From the IMG/VR virus record IMGVR_UViG_3300043409_000969, positions 1-29,734 of that record: 29,734 nt of DNA; one strand, given 5' to 3'. The position numbers and the translations under genes were made by a program. Shown here in pieces: positions 1 to 9,165 of this stretch. Under the pieces are notes generated by a model. The model was not told the origin of the DNA. It saw only the letters and a program-made list of their open reading frames with translations, and searched no databases. The stretch comes from a virus (taxonomy: Duplodnaviria > Caudoviricetes). Each line of letters begins with the position of its first letter. Within the stretch, counting starts at the first letter, position 1.

Positions 1-127
1 CACCAGCTGCGCCGACTGGTGCTCTTAGGACATCGATCTTGATTAGCCCAGTAAACGACTACGAGTACATCATCAGTATCTCGAAGCCTTATGGCAAGAT
101 ACTCGAGTTCAAGAAGAACAGACCGTT
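1..127. repeat. Terminal direct repeat, left copy (identical to 29608-29734); circular assembly overlap
   Basis: The first 127 nt are identical to the last 127 nt, and a CDS reads through the junction. Confidence 0.95.
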
Positions 128-197
128 TGCCATTCCAGCATCTGAAAAGGCATGGGCGGTGTTCACTGGCGTGGTGAGGAAGTACTTCAATGGTTGA
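1..197 (+). CDS. 3' part of HK97 gp10-like neck/tail-completion protein (begins at 29415 and spans the circular junction)
   Basis: Frame starting at nt 3 reads PAAPTGALRTSILISPVNDYEYIISISKPYGKILEFKKNRPFAIP...YFNG* (TGA 195-197); TG.LR.SI, LEF and RPF are gp10-like motifs. Confidence 0.8.
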   Translation, partial: PAAPTGALRTSILISPVNDYEYIISISKPYGKILEFKKNRPFAIPASEKAWAVFTGVVRKYFNG

Positions 198-672
198 ATC
201 CTTAGTTGTGGATGAGTGGATCTATGACACACTCACAGCTGATGCAACGCTTCAGGGACTGCTGGCGGTAGACAACCGATCGCCTTCGTACCAGCAAGGT
301 ATCTATTTGTACCTCGCTCCGGAAAAGGACCCGATCAGCCTCCGACAGCCACAGGTGCCATACATCGTGGTGCGTCACACTGACGCTGGCCAGACTGACA
401 CGACATCGATGTGTGGTGGCCGCATCGTGACCACGTCAAGCCATCAGGTGTGGTGCTGGGACACGCAGTCTGGTGCTGTCTCAATGGCGCGCATCAAGGC
501 CATCGTGGACCGAATCGATACACTGCTTAACAAGCAAAGTGTAAACAGCACGACGCCTGTATTCTTTTTGAATCGTGCATCGGTATCATCATCGGTCGAC
601 GTGTCGCAGGATGGTCGCGTCGATAATGGCATATCACAACTCTACATCGCCACAATAACTCCAGAGGTATAA
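190..672 (+). CDS. Tail terminator / tail completion protein (SPP1 gp17 / DUF3168-like)
   Basis: Lies between the gp10-like gene and the major tail gene; 160 aa with IY..L.AD..L, PYIVV and I..RID.LL pattern. Confidence 0.7.
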   Translation: MVESLVVDEWIYDTLTADATLQGLLAVDNRSPSYQQGIYLYLAPEKDPISLRQPQVPYIVVRHTDAGQTDTTSMCGGRIVTTSSHQVWCWDTQSGAVSMARIKAIVDRIDTLLNKQSVNSTTPVFFLNRASVSSSVDVSQDGRVDNGISQLYIATITPEV

Positions 673-677
673 CCAAC

Positions 678-1130
678 ATGGCCCGTCCGTTACTCGCAAA
701 AGACGTCGCACTGACGATCACTTTTACTGCAGCTGCCCTAACCGGCGACACGATTGCACTCCCGACCACGACAGCTACATCTGTCCAGTGTCTGGCGAAG
801 TCGTTTAGCACAACAGTCACACAGAACATGGTCAATGCGACAGCGCTTTGCGCGGTCTTTGAGGCATCACTTCCGACGACACAGGCAGGAACAGTCAACC
901 TCGAGCTGTACATCGACAACACCACTGGTCCACTCTTTGTAAGCAAAGTCGGTTTCGGCTGTGAGATTGACGTCGACCTCGATGGCGCAGGGTCCGTTGC
1001 TGGCAACGTCGTGAAGTATTTTGGTATGGTGACAGAAGCAGGGCTATCCCTGACTCCCGAAGAAACACAGACCGAAACCGCGACCATCAAGCTTGGCGTG
1101 TCCGGAATCACTGGTCTGTCAGGATCATAA
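678..1130 (+). CDS. Major tail tube protein
   Basis: Synteny (after terminator, before chaperone and tape measure); 150 aa, Thr-rich beta-type sequence; GAGG RBS. Confidence 0.7.
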   Translation: MARPLLAKDVALTITFTAAALTGDTIALPTTTATSVQCLAKSFSTTVTQNMVNATALCAVFEASLPTTQAGTVNLELYIDNTTGPLFVSKVGFGCEIDVDLDGAGSVAGNVVKYFGMVTEAGLSLTPEETQTETATIKLGVSGITGLSGS

Positions 1131-1131
1131 C

Positions 1132-1506
1132 TTGAGTTCAATCTTTGACAACATTCCCAAACTAGAAGGTCGACCGAATCACGTCGTCGACATCGAGCGC
1201 TTCATCGGAGCGCCAGGTTCAATCGTTTTCCGCGAACCAAAGGCATCCGATCTGTTTCCTCGACCCGAAGTTGAGAAGATGTTAAAGATTGCATACCCTG
1301 AGTTTCCAGCTCAGATGCTGCAAATCCTGATGATCATGGCGCGGTGCTATGTGATTCAGCCTGGTGATGGTGAAATCAATCCCGGACGTCGCTTCGCTCA
1401 GCTCGCTCGAGACCGGTCTGACATATACCTCTATGTCGTGGCTGAGTTCGCCAAAGCGTTTCCGATTGACTTTGCAGCGGCGGTAGACGAAGTCCCAAAC
1501 GGCTAA
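1132..1506 (+). CDS. Tail assembly chaperone (gpG-like)
   Basis: Between major tail and tape measure genes; TTG start at 1132 with AGGA upstream; ends just after slippery site C CCA AAC. Confidence 0.8.
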   Translation: MSSIFDNIPKLEGRPNHVVDIERFIGAPGSIVFREPKASDLFPRPEVEKMLKIAYPEFPAQMLQILMIMARCYVIQPGDGEINPGRRFAQLARDRSDIYLYVVAEFAKAFPIDFAAAVDEVPNG

Positions 1507-1685
1507 GCGGGGTGGCGCAATCGATACTGTACACAAGTGTGCGGCATTTGAAGCGCCATCCCCGTGAGACCGATTTGAGCCTGGACGAACTAGCCGAAGT
1601 CGCATGGGCTGCTGAGGTCTGGGACAATCAGATCGTGGAAATTGTCAAGGCCATAATGTCGGTCATGGCTAAAAGGACACTCTAA
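1494..1685 (+). CDS. -1 frameshift extension of tail chaperone (gpGT-like, 'T' part)
   Basis: In-frame X XXY YYZ heptamer CCCAAAC at 1494-1500; the -1 frame is open for 61 codons (RLSGVAQSILY...MAKRTL) to a TAA overlapping the tape measure ATG. Confidence 0.85.
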   Translation, partial: PKRLSGVAQSILYTSVRHLKRHPRETDLSLDELAEVAWAAEVWDNQIVEIVKAIMSVMAKRTL

Positions 1686-3241
1686 TGGCGCTCGGCATTT
1701 TTGACATAATTTTCAAAGTTTCAGGCGCGAATGACGCGGTCCAGTCGCTCAAGGCAATCAAGACTGAAGCAAAGTCGACAGCTGATTCTTTAGACCATAC
1801 TAAGTCGTCGGCTCAAAGCTTTGGCGACTCGCTGTCTAAACTTGCGGGTCTTGGCGCCACACTCGGTGCTCTTGGCGGACTGGTGGCATTCGGAAAGTCT
1901 GCACTCACTGCAAGCGGAGAAGCTCAAGAACTAGCCACACGACTTGAAGTCGTTACAGGATCCGCAGCCGAAGCAGCGAAGGTTATGGCAAAGGTTCGTG
2001 AAGTCGCCGGTCCTTCACCGTTCACCACAAAGCAGCTCGCGAACGCCGCAGTCGGATTGCAGGCGATGGGTTTGAACGCGCAAAAGGCACTCCCGAAACT
2101 CGCGGATCTTGGCGCGGCATTTGGTGCTGACGAAGAGCATCTCAAGTCGCTAGTCAACATGATGGGCAAATTGAATCAAGGCATCATGCCAGACTCTGAA
2201 ACGCTCTCGATGTTCGGCCTATCCAAAAAGGATTTTGCTGGCGAAGGAATCACGTTCGACAAAAACGGAACATTGATCTCGAGTGCGTCCGAAACGCTCG
2301 ACGCATTGTTTCGCGTTATTGACAAGAAGTACGGCGGCATGACGGAGCGCATGGCGAAGAATACAAATTCGCAGATGGCAACGATCGTCGATTCGTTTGA
2401 ACAGCTGAAGGTCAAGGTCGGTGATATCTTTGGTGCTGGTCTAGCTCTTGTGACGCCAGCAATTACAAAAGGCCTGGAAGATATCACAAAGTTTTTCGAC
2501 TCTGTCAAGGTCAATGGTTCAGCTGCACAGACAATCCTAATGGGTATCGCTGCGACACTGGCTGCCATCACCGCAGTCCAGATTGTCAATGGCATAATCA
2601 CTCTAGTCAAAGTTATGAAGCAGTTGGCAAACGGCCTTAAGTTAATAGCAGCGGGTGAGGCATTGGTCAATGCACTGGCCGGTCCTGCTGGTATCGCAAA
2701 GGTTCTCGCTGGCGTTGTAGCTGCTGGTGCAGCCATCTATGGAATGAATGCCATTTTTGACAGTATGGAGCAAAGCGGCGAGAAAACTGGAGGCACCACA
2801 GCACTTTCGCCTCCAGATACAAAACCTCCAATAGGCAAAGCAGCAGAGGCTGCTGCTAGTGCAGCAAAGTCGACCGAAGGCAAGGGCGGTGGCCTCATCA
2901 ATACCATGGTCGACATCGCGGCATATGCAGCCAGGATGCAGGCGGCATTTGTGGATATGGCGAAGTCGATGGAAGGTCATCTCTACGAGATAGCCAAGAA
3001 CACGGGATCCACTCGAGATCTGCTCGATCTGCGGAAACAGACTTTTGGCGGCGGGCGCTTGGGCGCGATCGGTGTCACGGCTGCGGAACTCAATGCAGGC
3101 AACAACCCAACGAACCAGGGTGGCGTCGGCATTATCCCACAGACACTCATCCCGGCATCGACGGACCTTGAGCGCGCGATGCGGAAGATGATGATCCAGC
3201 AAGGTCGACAGAATCTAGTCACTGAAATGAGACGTATCTAG
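1685..3241 (+). CDS. Tape measure protein
   Basis: Ala/Gly-rich helical 518 aa with tape-measure domain pattern (L.VVTGSA..A..VM......SPF....L) and hydrophobic segments; position after chaperones. Confidence 0.9.
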   Translation: MALGIFDIIFKVSGANDAVQSLKAIKTEAKSTADSLDHTKSSAQSFGDSLSKLAGLGATLGALGGLVAFGKSALTASGEAQELATRLEVVTGSAAEAAKVMAKVREVAGPSPFTTKQLANAAVGLQAMGLNAQKALPKLADLGAAFGADEEHLKSLVNMMGKLNQGIMPDSETLSMFGLSKKDFAGEGITFDKNGTLISSASETLDALFRVIDKKYGGMTERMAKNTNSQMATIVDSFEQLKVKVGDIFGAGLALVTPAITKGLEDITKFFDSVKVNGSAAQTILMGIAATLAAITAVQIVNGIITLVKVMKQLANGLKLIAAGEALVNALAGPAGIAKVLAGVVAAGAAIYGMNAIFDSMEQSGEKTGGTTALSPPDTKPPIGKAAEAAASAAKSTEGKGGGLINTMVDIAAYAARMQAAFVDMAKSMEGHLYEIAKNTGSTRDLLDLRKQTFGGGRLGAIGVTAAELNAGNNPTNQGGVGIIPQTLIPASTDLERAMRKMMIQQGRQNLVTEMRRI

Positions 3242-5476
3242 ATGGCAACAAACTGGCCCTTGAAGGTCGAGGTCGATTGTCCTGAGCCACGTCCTGGTTT
3301 AGGGCGTGTGTGTGTTGGTGCCGACGGAACTTCATGGGACCGTGCCAACTCTACCGGTTGGTTTGACTCCGTGACAAATACCGCCATGCCGGCACCTCTC
3401 CCTGTCACTGAAGCATGGTCCAGCAATTACAGCGGACTCTATGCGCGTGTTCCACGAAGCGCCTACACGCTCGTGACGGGGTCTGTATGGAAGCAGATGG
3501 AGATCAATGCGGCAGGTGATTATTACCTGACAGCGACGACGCTCGGCACTGCGAATGCGGAGTATGTCAAAACGACTGCGTCGTATGTTGCAAATCAAGG
3601 CTGGTACATAAGCGCGTACGTGCCGAACTGGGTCGACAAATCATCACTGCCATTCCTTCGAGTGCAGTGGGGCTATGGATCCGCATCGACAGTCGAGATG
3701 GTATTTCGTGGCGATGGCTCATGCATCGTTTACAAGAATGGCACACAAAAAGGTGTATATGATCAAAGCGACACGAACAAAAATCCTGGTCGAGCTGTAA
3801 CCACTGCCAGTGCTGTCGGTCAGCGACAGGTCAGCCTTTTGATTATCCCGCTCAAGCGTCGTGAGGTGCTGGTGACCTCGACCTTCGGTGCTAACTTCTG
3901 CCATATGTTTGAGGACTTGAATGACGTCGAAGGAAACACCATCCTTCCGTCTGGCAGCTTCGCATGGAAAGTTCCGTATGGTAGACCGACAGTGCAGATC
4001 GCGCCTGTCGCATATGAGACGACCGGAATCTTTTACTCCAAAAACATCACGCTCCGATATCCACCTCCGGTTGGTGCGACCTTCGTCCCGCAGCTGTGGG
4101 GTGATGTCGTTGGAACATCCGCAGGGACTGTCACAACAGCCGTTGCTGTAACCGATGGTTTTTCTCCGTACACACCAGATGGAATCATTCAGAATCTGCG
4201 AATCAAGGTGACCATCACAACTCCGAGTCCATACACGCAGACCTATGGTGTATCCGCAGCAATGGCGAGCAGCACACCAGCTGCGACATCGACATACAAT
4301 GGTCCAGTCGACATCACTCAGTACATCGATGATTTGGTATTGAGTGTTGATGAGACTTCGCGCACCACTTTGAAGATGAGCGCCAGGCGCCAGAAACTCC
4401 TCGATGCTGGAGTGGCACAGCCGCAGATCACAGGCGACCGTCCTATTCGTGTGGCCATCTCGAACAGTGCTGATCCGGCTGTATACACCGATATATTCAG
4501 AGGCACACTGGCGCCTCCGCAAATCCAGTATGAACAAGGTGATACGAGTCTAAATTTTAGTACGCTTCAGTTTGAAGGTATGGACCGCTCGCGTGATTTT
4601 GAACTGTACTATTTTCAAGACGGAATCCTATACGACGGCTACACCGCAGAAAACGCCATCGGTGACATGATGACCATGGCTGGCTATCCTCCGGCCACTT
4701 ACCTGCTATATAACGACGCGCTTGGTATCAATATTTCTCGCAGTCCAGACATCGCTCGCGGGTATTCAAACTTCGTCCCACAGCGTGGTGACACAATCGC
4801 TTCGATGATTGGAAAACTTAAAACCGACTACGCCGCGACCTTCATCACTGGATGGTCTCCGACATCGAGTGGCTACAAATATCAGTGGTCAAATCCGTTT
4901 GACTTGACATCGACCAGCGTCATGACTTTGTATCAAAGTGTTGCGGCAGCAGCTGCTGGTGGCGTCGTTGCTGCGCTTCAACAGAAGCGCGTGGTCCGTA
5001 AGATGAGCGCGCATTATGAATCACCAGAGTGCAATCAGATCACGGTCATCGGACAGGATCCGCGCAATGGTGACCTCATCTATTCCTACGATGCAGATGA
5101 TGCGAGTCAGACTGCTGGCACTGCTCCAGCATCAAGGCCATACAACTGGCGAGGTCGACCGGTTCCATACATTCTAAGTGATCCGAGCATCACATCGAGT
5201 GTTGTGGCGTACCAGGCCATGCTTGCACTCAAAGACCGACTGATGACAGGTCGAATCCTGATTGAGTGGGAGAGTGACTTCTTGGTACTGTCCGCGACGA
5301 ATCGTCCTTTATGGGTCCGTGACGTGGTGACTATCATGCAACCTGATGGTGTGACCATCAAGGGCGTCTATCGCATCATCGCGATTCCGACGATCGAGTT
5401 CGTGGTCGAGGCTGGCGTGAAACAGTTTCGACGTGCTGTGTATCGTGGTCTATACCTGAATGACGGTGGCGAGTAG
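3242..5476 (+). CDS. Tail tip / baseplate hub-like protein
   Basis: 744 aa directly after tape measure; beta-rich; C-terminal half has a hub-like layout (N.ITVIG, L.VRDVVTI); assignment mostly by synteny. Confidence 0.55.
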   Translation: MATNWPLKVEVDCPEPRPGLGRVCVGADGTSWDRANSTGWFDSVTNTAMPAPLPVTEAWSSNYSGLYARVPRSAYTLVTGSVWKQMEINAAGDYYLTATTLGTANAEYVKTTASYVANQGWYISAYVPNWVDKSSLPFLRVQWGYGSASTVEMVFRGDGSCIVYKNGTQKGVYDQSDTNKNPGRAVTTASAVGQRQVSLLIIPLKRREVLVTSTFGANFCHMFEDLNDVEGNTILPSGSFAWKVPYGRPTVQIAPVAYETTGIFYSKNITLRYPPPVGATFVPQLWGDVVGTSAGTVTTAVAVTDGFSPYTPDGIIQNLRIKVTITTPSPYTQTYGVSAAMASSTPAATSTYNGPVDITQYIDDLVLSVDETSRTTLKMSARRQKLLDAGVAQPQITGDRPIRVAISNSADPAVYTDIFRGTLAPPQIQYEQGDTSLNFSTLQFEGMDRSRDFELYYFQDGILYDGYTAENAIGDMMTMAGYPPATYLLYNDALGINISRSPDIARGYSNFVPQRGDTIASMIGKLKTDYAATFITGWSPTSSGYKYQWSNPFDLTSTSVMTLYQSVAAAAAGGVVAALQQKRVVRKMSAHYESPECNQITVIGQDPRNGDLIYSYDADDASQTAGTAPASRPYNWRGRPVPYILSDPSITSSVVAYQAMLALKDRLMTGRILIEWESDFLVLSATNRPLWVRDVVTIMQPDGVTIKGVYRIIAIPTIEFVVEAGVKQFRRAVYRGLYLNDGGE

Positions 5477-8415
5477 TGGCCTACATCGATGGGACACGTA
5501 CATCGACGCTCACGATGTCGCACACACAAAACGTCACGGAGCGCATCTGGAATCCGTTCGCGGTGCAACCTCTCGAGCCTGACTACGACACGCATTCAAC
5601 AGACTTCACCTTCGGCGGACATTTAGGATTCCTTGGTTCGCTCGCCATTGCCACCAGCGTCAATGCACCATCACCTGGTGCAGCCTGGACCTGGGAACTT
5701 CGTGCGAACCTAGCGGTAAACAACGGTCACGGTTCGACAAATAGTGGATACGTGGTTCTCGCGTCTGGAAGTGAGACAGGTGCCACGACATACAAAGATG
5801 TGAGTGTGACATGTGCAGGTACCTTCACCGCATCCGTATCAACTGACAAACTCTGGGATGTAACTGAGACGGCCTACAGCTCGAGCGTCGCACCGACTGT
5901 TTTTCCCCCTCGGACTGCGTATCGCTGGTATGAGATGACCACGAGTGGAGCAACGGCGGCCTGTAGTATCACCGCGAATGGTGGAAGTGTCAGCGTATCC
6001 GCAGCTGCGACATCGAGGCGAACAGCAGACTACACCGCGATCCTAAGTGCAAATGGATTCTCGAGTGGCGACGTTCGCCATGACTTCGCTGTTTCCTTGG
6101 TCAAGGTCAACACCGTCGCTGTGCATGACATCACGCATGCTCACACATTCCACGCGCAAAGCGCCACGGAGTGGAGTCTCAGTGTCCTGGGAACGACTGA
6201 CGGCTTCGGCATTGTTTCAACGGCGAGCGCAACCATTAGCACGAGCTCGTGTCTCGATCGCAGTGTAGCTGTCATCGGTCGCACCAGATCGTGGTCGACA
6301 TCGTACCCAGACTCACTGAGTGTCGTGGTCACAGGATTTGACGGTTCGTCCAGGACAATAACCGGAACAGGCTCGATGTCGGGGTCAGATACCTTCGTGG
6401 ACTATGCGACCACGACAGTCCTGACGGATCCGGACTACGGGTCAAACACTCTGACTACATCGCTCGATGATGTTCCGGCAAGCATCTCGTGTGCCATAAC
6501 TGGTGCATCGCTCACAGCTGCTGGCGAGGCGAATACAGAGACGCGGTGCATGTTCCGTGGATTCCGCTTCAATGGCTGGTCACTCGCCTATGCCACGACC
6601 AGGAGTATTGCAGGAACAACGAACGACCGACTGTTTGCACCATACGAAGGCATGTCGGGATATCGCTACCTTGACATCCAGATCAAGGCGCAAAGCGGGA
6701 CAGGCGTGGCGGGGACCTTCGTGCTCACGGACTTTCACGGAAATACAAAAACGTGGAATATCACAGCTGCCACCACGTCGTATCAGACGGTAACCATCGA
6801 TCTGTGCAGTCCGGATGCATGGTCTGTCAGTGCTCTCCCGCTCACTGATGGCAAGGACAATCCTTATCCAAGGAAGAATACCGCTAGCAGTTCGTACGCT
6901 GGCTCAGAGAGCGTCGACTCGGCTTATTGGGGTATCACGTCATGCCAGCGTCTACGCATCGCTACAGGGGCGATTGACCTCGGCACCACGACGCTCAAGC
7001 AGGACACGACGAATGGTTTCACGAATAGCCATTATGTCCCGAGTGGTCTTGGATACGAAAACGAACACATCACACCGGCCATCGTCGCCGAAGTGGACAC
7101 CACGACATATTACTATTCACGCCGCTTCTGGCAACAGAAGAACGACGGACGCGACGAGGAGGAGTCTGACTATCGATGGCAAAAGACTGTAGGTGGCGCA
7201 ACCGGCGTCACGACATACAGTGTCACACCGCTGACTATCGTTGACATTGTTGGTCAAATCAACACGTCCGATGACAGCATCGTCCGACATCCTGGCTGGA
7301 CCGCGACGAACTCCGTGGCGTATCCTGGGAGTGGTACCTGTAGCGTCTCACAGCCTCCACTGAGGGACTGTTTCCTAAATGGTGGCACTGGTATCTCGAC
7401 GTGGTTGTATGGCGGTGGAATCCTTGCAACACCGAACGCCACAACCGGCACAGACTTCGCCTATGGGTTCGAGATCGGTGTCGGCACGATCACAGCACAG
7501 ACGCTGTTCGATTCGATAAACGGCGACTTTCCGCCTGATCTGTATGACCCGTTCGATGTCAATGGTGGCACGGACAGTGCTTTGTACCTGCCATTCGGCG
7601 CCATCCTTCGAGGGCCAGCACACGGGATTGTCTTGGACACATCAGGAGATCCGGCGACATCCGGCACGGTGACGCTCCAGCTCTCGAGTGACTCATCATC
7701 TCGAGGCACTGACTCGACCTTTGACGCGCTTGGGAATTACCAGACTGGCTCACCGTTCGGACTAGGCAAAGCGAATCACAGCATCGTCGAGAGTCTGAAC
7801 TCGGTCGGTGTGAATCCGATGTACAGCGCAAAGCGACAGCGCGCAGTGTTTCGCACAGAGGTGCTGTCAGGGAACTGCACGGCTGCGGATGTCAGTCCAG
7901 CGCAACAGGCGACGTATGGTGTCGTGACAGCTGGTGGAGGCGTCAAGCTGTATCACGCCAGGGCGCACAACGGCACGAACTGGGATGAGGTCACAACGCC
8001 GATCACAGGAGCGGAATGTCTTAGCCTGGCGTATCAGCGGAACAGCGGCGCCATGTCGCTCATCATCATCGTGGATGACACTGATGGGAGTGTCAAGCGA
8101 TACCTTACCAGCGACGAAGGGATAACAGTATCAGTGGCTACAACAATCGGGACCGGCACACATGGCACTGTCTGCGTGTCGCCAAACGGCATGGAGTACA
8201 TCTTCTTTAGGACATCGTCAAGCAACATCCAGAGGGTCAAGCGCGATCCGATGGGCAACGTCATCACATCTGCAAGTAACGTCGTGACGGGTAATGTCGC
8301 CGATGACGAGCTCGCGTGTTACTGGCGCCTCGGAGTGATTTACATTATCTACACGCATACATCGACAGGCATCACAATCGTGAGTAGCAGTGACGACGCG
8401 GAGACCTTCGCTTAA
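5476..8415 (+). CDS. Large minor tail / receptor-binding protein
   Basis: 979 aa, Thr/Ser/Gly-rich, last gene of tail block; Asp-box-like motifs near the C-terminus (HNGTNW, TSDEGIT, SSDDAETF). Confidence 0.55.
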   Translation: MAYIDGTRTSTLTMSHTQNVTERIWNPFAVQPLEPDYDTHSTDFTFGGHLGFLGSLAIATSVNAPSPGAAWTWELRANLAVNNGHGSTNSGYVVLASGSETGATTYKDVSVTCAGTFTASVSTDKLWDVTETAYSSSVAPTVFPPRTAYRWYEMTTSGATAACSITANGGSVSVSAAATSRRTADYTAILSANGFSSGDVRHDFAVSLVKVNTVAVHDITHAHTFHAQSATEWSLSVLGTTDGFGIVSTASATISTSSCLDRSVAVIGRTRSWSTSYPDSLSVVVTGFDGSSRTITGTGSMSGSDTFVDYATTTVLTDPDYGSNTLTTSLDDVPASISCAITGASLTAAGEANTETRCMFRGFRFNGWSLAYATTRSIAGTTNDRLFAPYEGMSGYRYLDIQIKAQSGTGVAGTFVLTDFHGNTKTWNITAATTSYQTVTIDLCSPDAWSVSALPLTDGKDNPYPRKNTASSSYAGSESVDSAYWGITSCQRLRIATGAIDLGTTTLKQDTTNGFTNSHYVPSGLGYENEHITPAIVAEVDTTTYYYSRRFWQQKNDGRDEEESDYRWQKTVGGATGVTTYSVTPLTIVDIVGQINTSDDSIVRHPGWTATNSVAYPGSGTCSVSQPPLRDCFLNGGTGISTWLYGGGILATPNATTGTDFAYGFEIGVGTITAQTLFDSINGDFPPDLYDPFDVNGGTDSALYLPFGAILRGPAHGIVLDTSGDPATSGTVTLQLSSDSSSRGTDSTFDALGNYQTGSPFGLGKANHSIVESLNSVGVNPMYSAKRQRAVFRTEVLSGNCTAADVSPAQQATYGVVTAGGGVKLYHARAHNGTNWDEVTTPITGAECLSLAYQRNSGAMSLIIIVDDTDGSVKRYLTSDEGITVSVATTIGTGTHGTVCVSPNGMEYIFFRTSSSNIQRVKRDPMGNVITSASNVVTGNVADDELACYWRLGVIYIIYTHTSTGITIVSSSDDAETFA

Positions 8416-8449
8416 AAAGGAAACACCTCGAGAGGGGTGCTCGAGGTGT
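8414..8449 (-). terminator. Intrinsic terminator, minus strand
   Basis: Perfect 10-bp stem ACACCTCGAG (8423-8432) / CTCGAGGTGT (8440-8449), followed on the minus strand by TTCCTTTTT; no U-tract on the plus strand. Confidence 0.7.
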
Positions 8450-8477
8450 CAGGACTAGGAAACAGAACCGGTTGGAC
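8414..8477 (-). ncRNA. Candidate small regulatory RNA (~64 nt)
   Basis: Minus-strand TATACT (8489-8484), 6-nt gap, G start at 8477, unpaired seed UCCUAGUCCU, then a terminator hairpin and U-tract; the seed is complementary to two RBSs elsewhere in the genome. Confidence 0.45.
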
Positions 8478-8493
8478 AATAGGAGTATACAAC

Positions 8494-9039
8494 ATGGAAG
8501 TACGACCAATCGCATCGCTCTCAACAGATCTGGCCATCGCAAACCTTGGCGTCCAGGAAGTGGGCGAGAATCGAGGAGCAGCTGTCGAAGCGTATCAAGC
8601 ATCATGCAAACCTCCGGTCCCTGCTGGTTCCCCCTGGTGCGCGGCACACGTCCGCTTCCGTCACAAGCAAGCAGCCACGCAGCTCGGCATCGTGTACCGC
8701 GAGGATTTTCCTCGCAGCGCATATTGCCCAGACTGGTCGAGATGGTTCAAGGCAAACTCATTGTGGTTGCCTGTCCAACACATCCGTGATGGCACGACCA
8801 CGAAGCGACCACGGCGCGGTGATTTGGCGCTTTTCTACTTCAGCGCTCTCTCACGCATCGCACACATTGGTATCGTGACTAAGGTCGAGGAGTGGGGTGT
8901 TTACACGGTCGAAGGCAACACGTCACCGGAACCAAGTGACGAGCTGTCGGTCGAGCGTGATGGTGATGGTCTATACATGAAAAAGCGAAACTGGCACGAG
9001 TTCGGGAAGTTCGGCGGCTTCGGTTTCGTAAACTTCTGA
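8494..9039 (+). CDS. CHAP-domain endolysin (cysteine amidase/peptidase)
   Basis: PWCAAHV (catalytic Cys), P.RGD, HIGIV (catalytic His), TVEGNT; ATG at 8494 with AGGAG RBS. Confidence 0.9.
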   Translation: MEVRPIASLSTDLAIANLGVQEVGENRGAAVEAYQASCKPPVPAGSPWCAAHVRFRHKQAATQLGIVYREDFPRSAYCPDWSRWFKANSLWLPVQHIRDGTTTKRPRRGDLALFYFSALSRIAHIGIVTKVEEWGVYTVEGNTSPEPSDELSVERDGDGLYMKKRNWHEFGKFGGFGFVNF

Positions 9040-9042
9040 CAA

Positions 9043-9114
9043 ACCAAAAACCATCTGTATACATGGGCTTCGTCCGGTAAACCGGGGCCATGCGACAGAT
9101 GGTTTCTGTTTGGT
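9043..9114. terminator. Long inverted repeat between convergent operons; probable bidirectional terminator / structured RNA
   Basis: AAACCATCTGT (9048-9058) / ACAGATGGTTT (9095-9105) encloses CATGG/CCATG and CCGG-TAAA-CCGG stems; T-rich tails on both strands. Confidence 0.6.
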
Positions 9115-9165
9115 TGGTTGTTCAGTAATCACCAGCCTGGGAGGACTGGCAAATCCTTTATACAT

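Noticed and set aside
1924-7831. Many antisense and alternate-frame ORFs over structural genes (same pattern elsewhere)
   Set aside because: Shadow ORFs of GC-rich coding strands with no recognisable motifs or RBSs
8472-8789. Nested out-of-frame ORF in the endolysin (spanin-like or other)
   Set aside because: Arg/Ser-rich shadow-like composition, no signal peptide or lipobox; kept only as an alternative reading of the GGACTAGGA motif
9040-9165. Hammerhead or HDV-like ribozyme
   Set aside because: No CUGANGA/GAAA core, and I could not build the HDV nested pseudoknot on either strand
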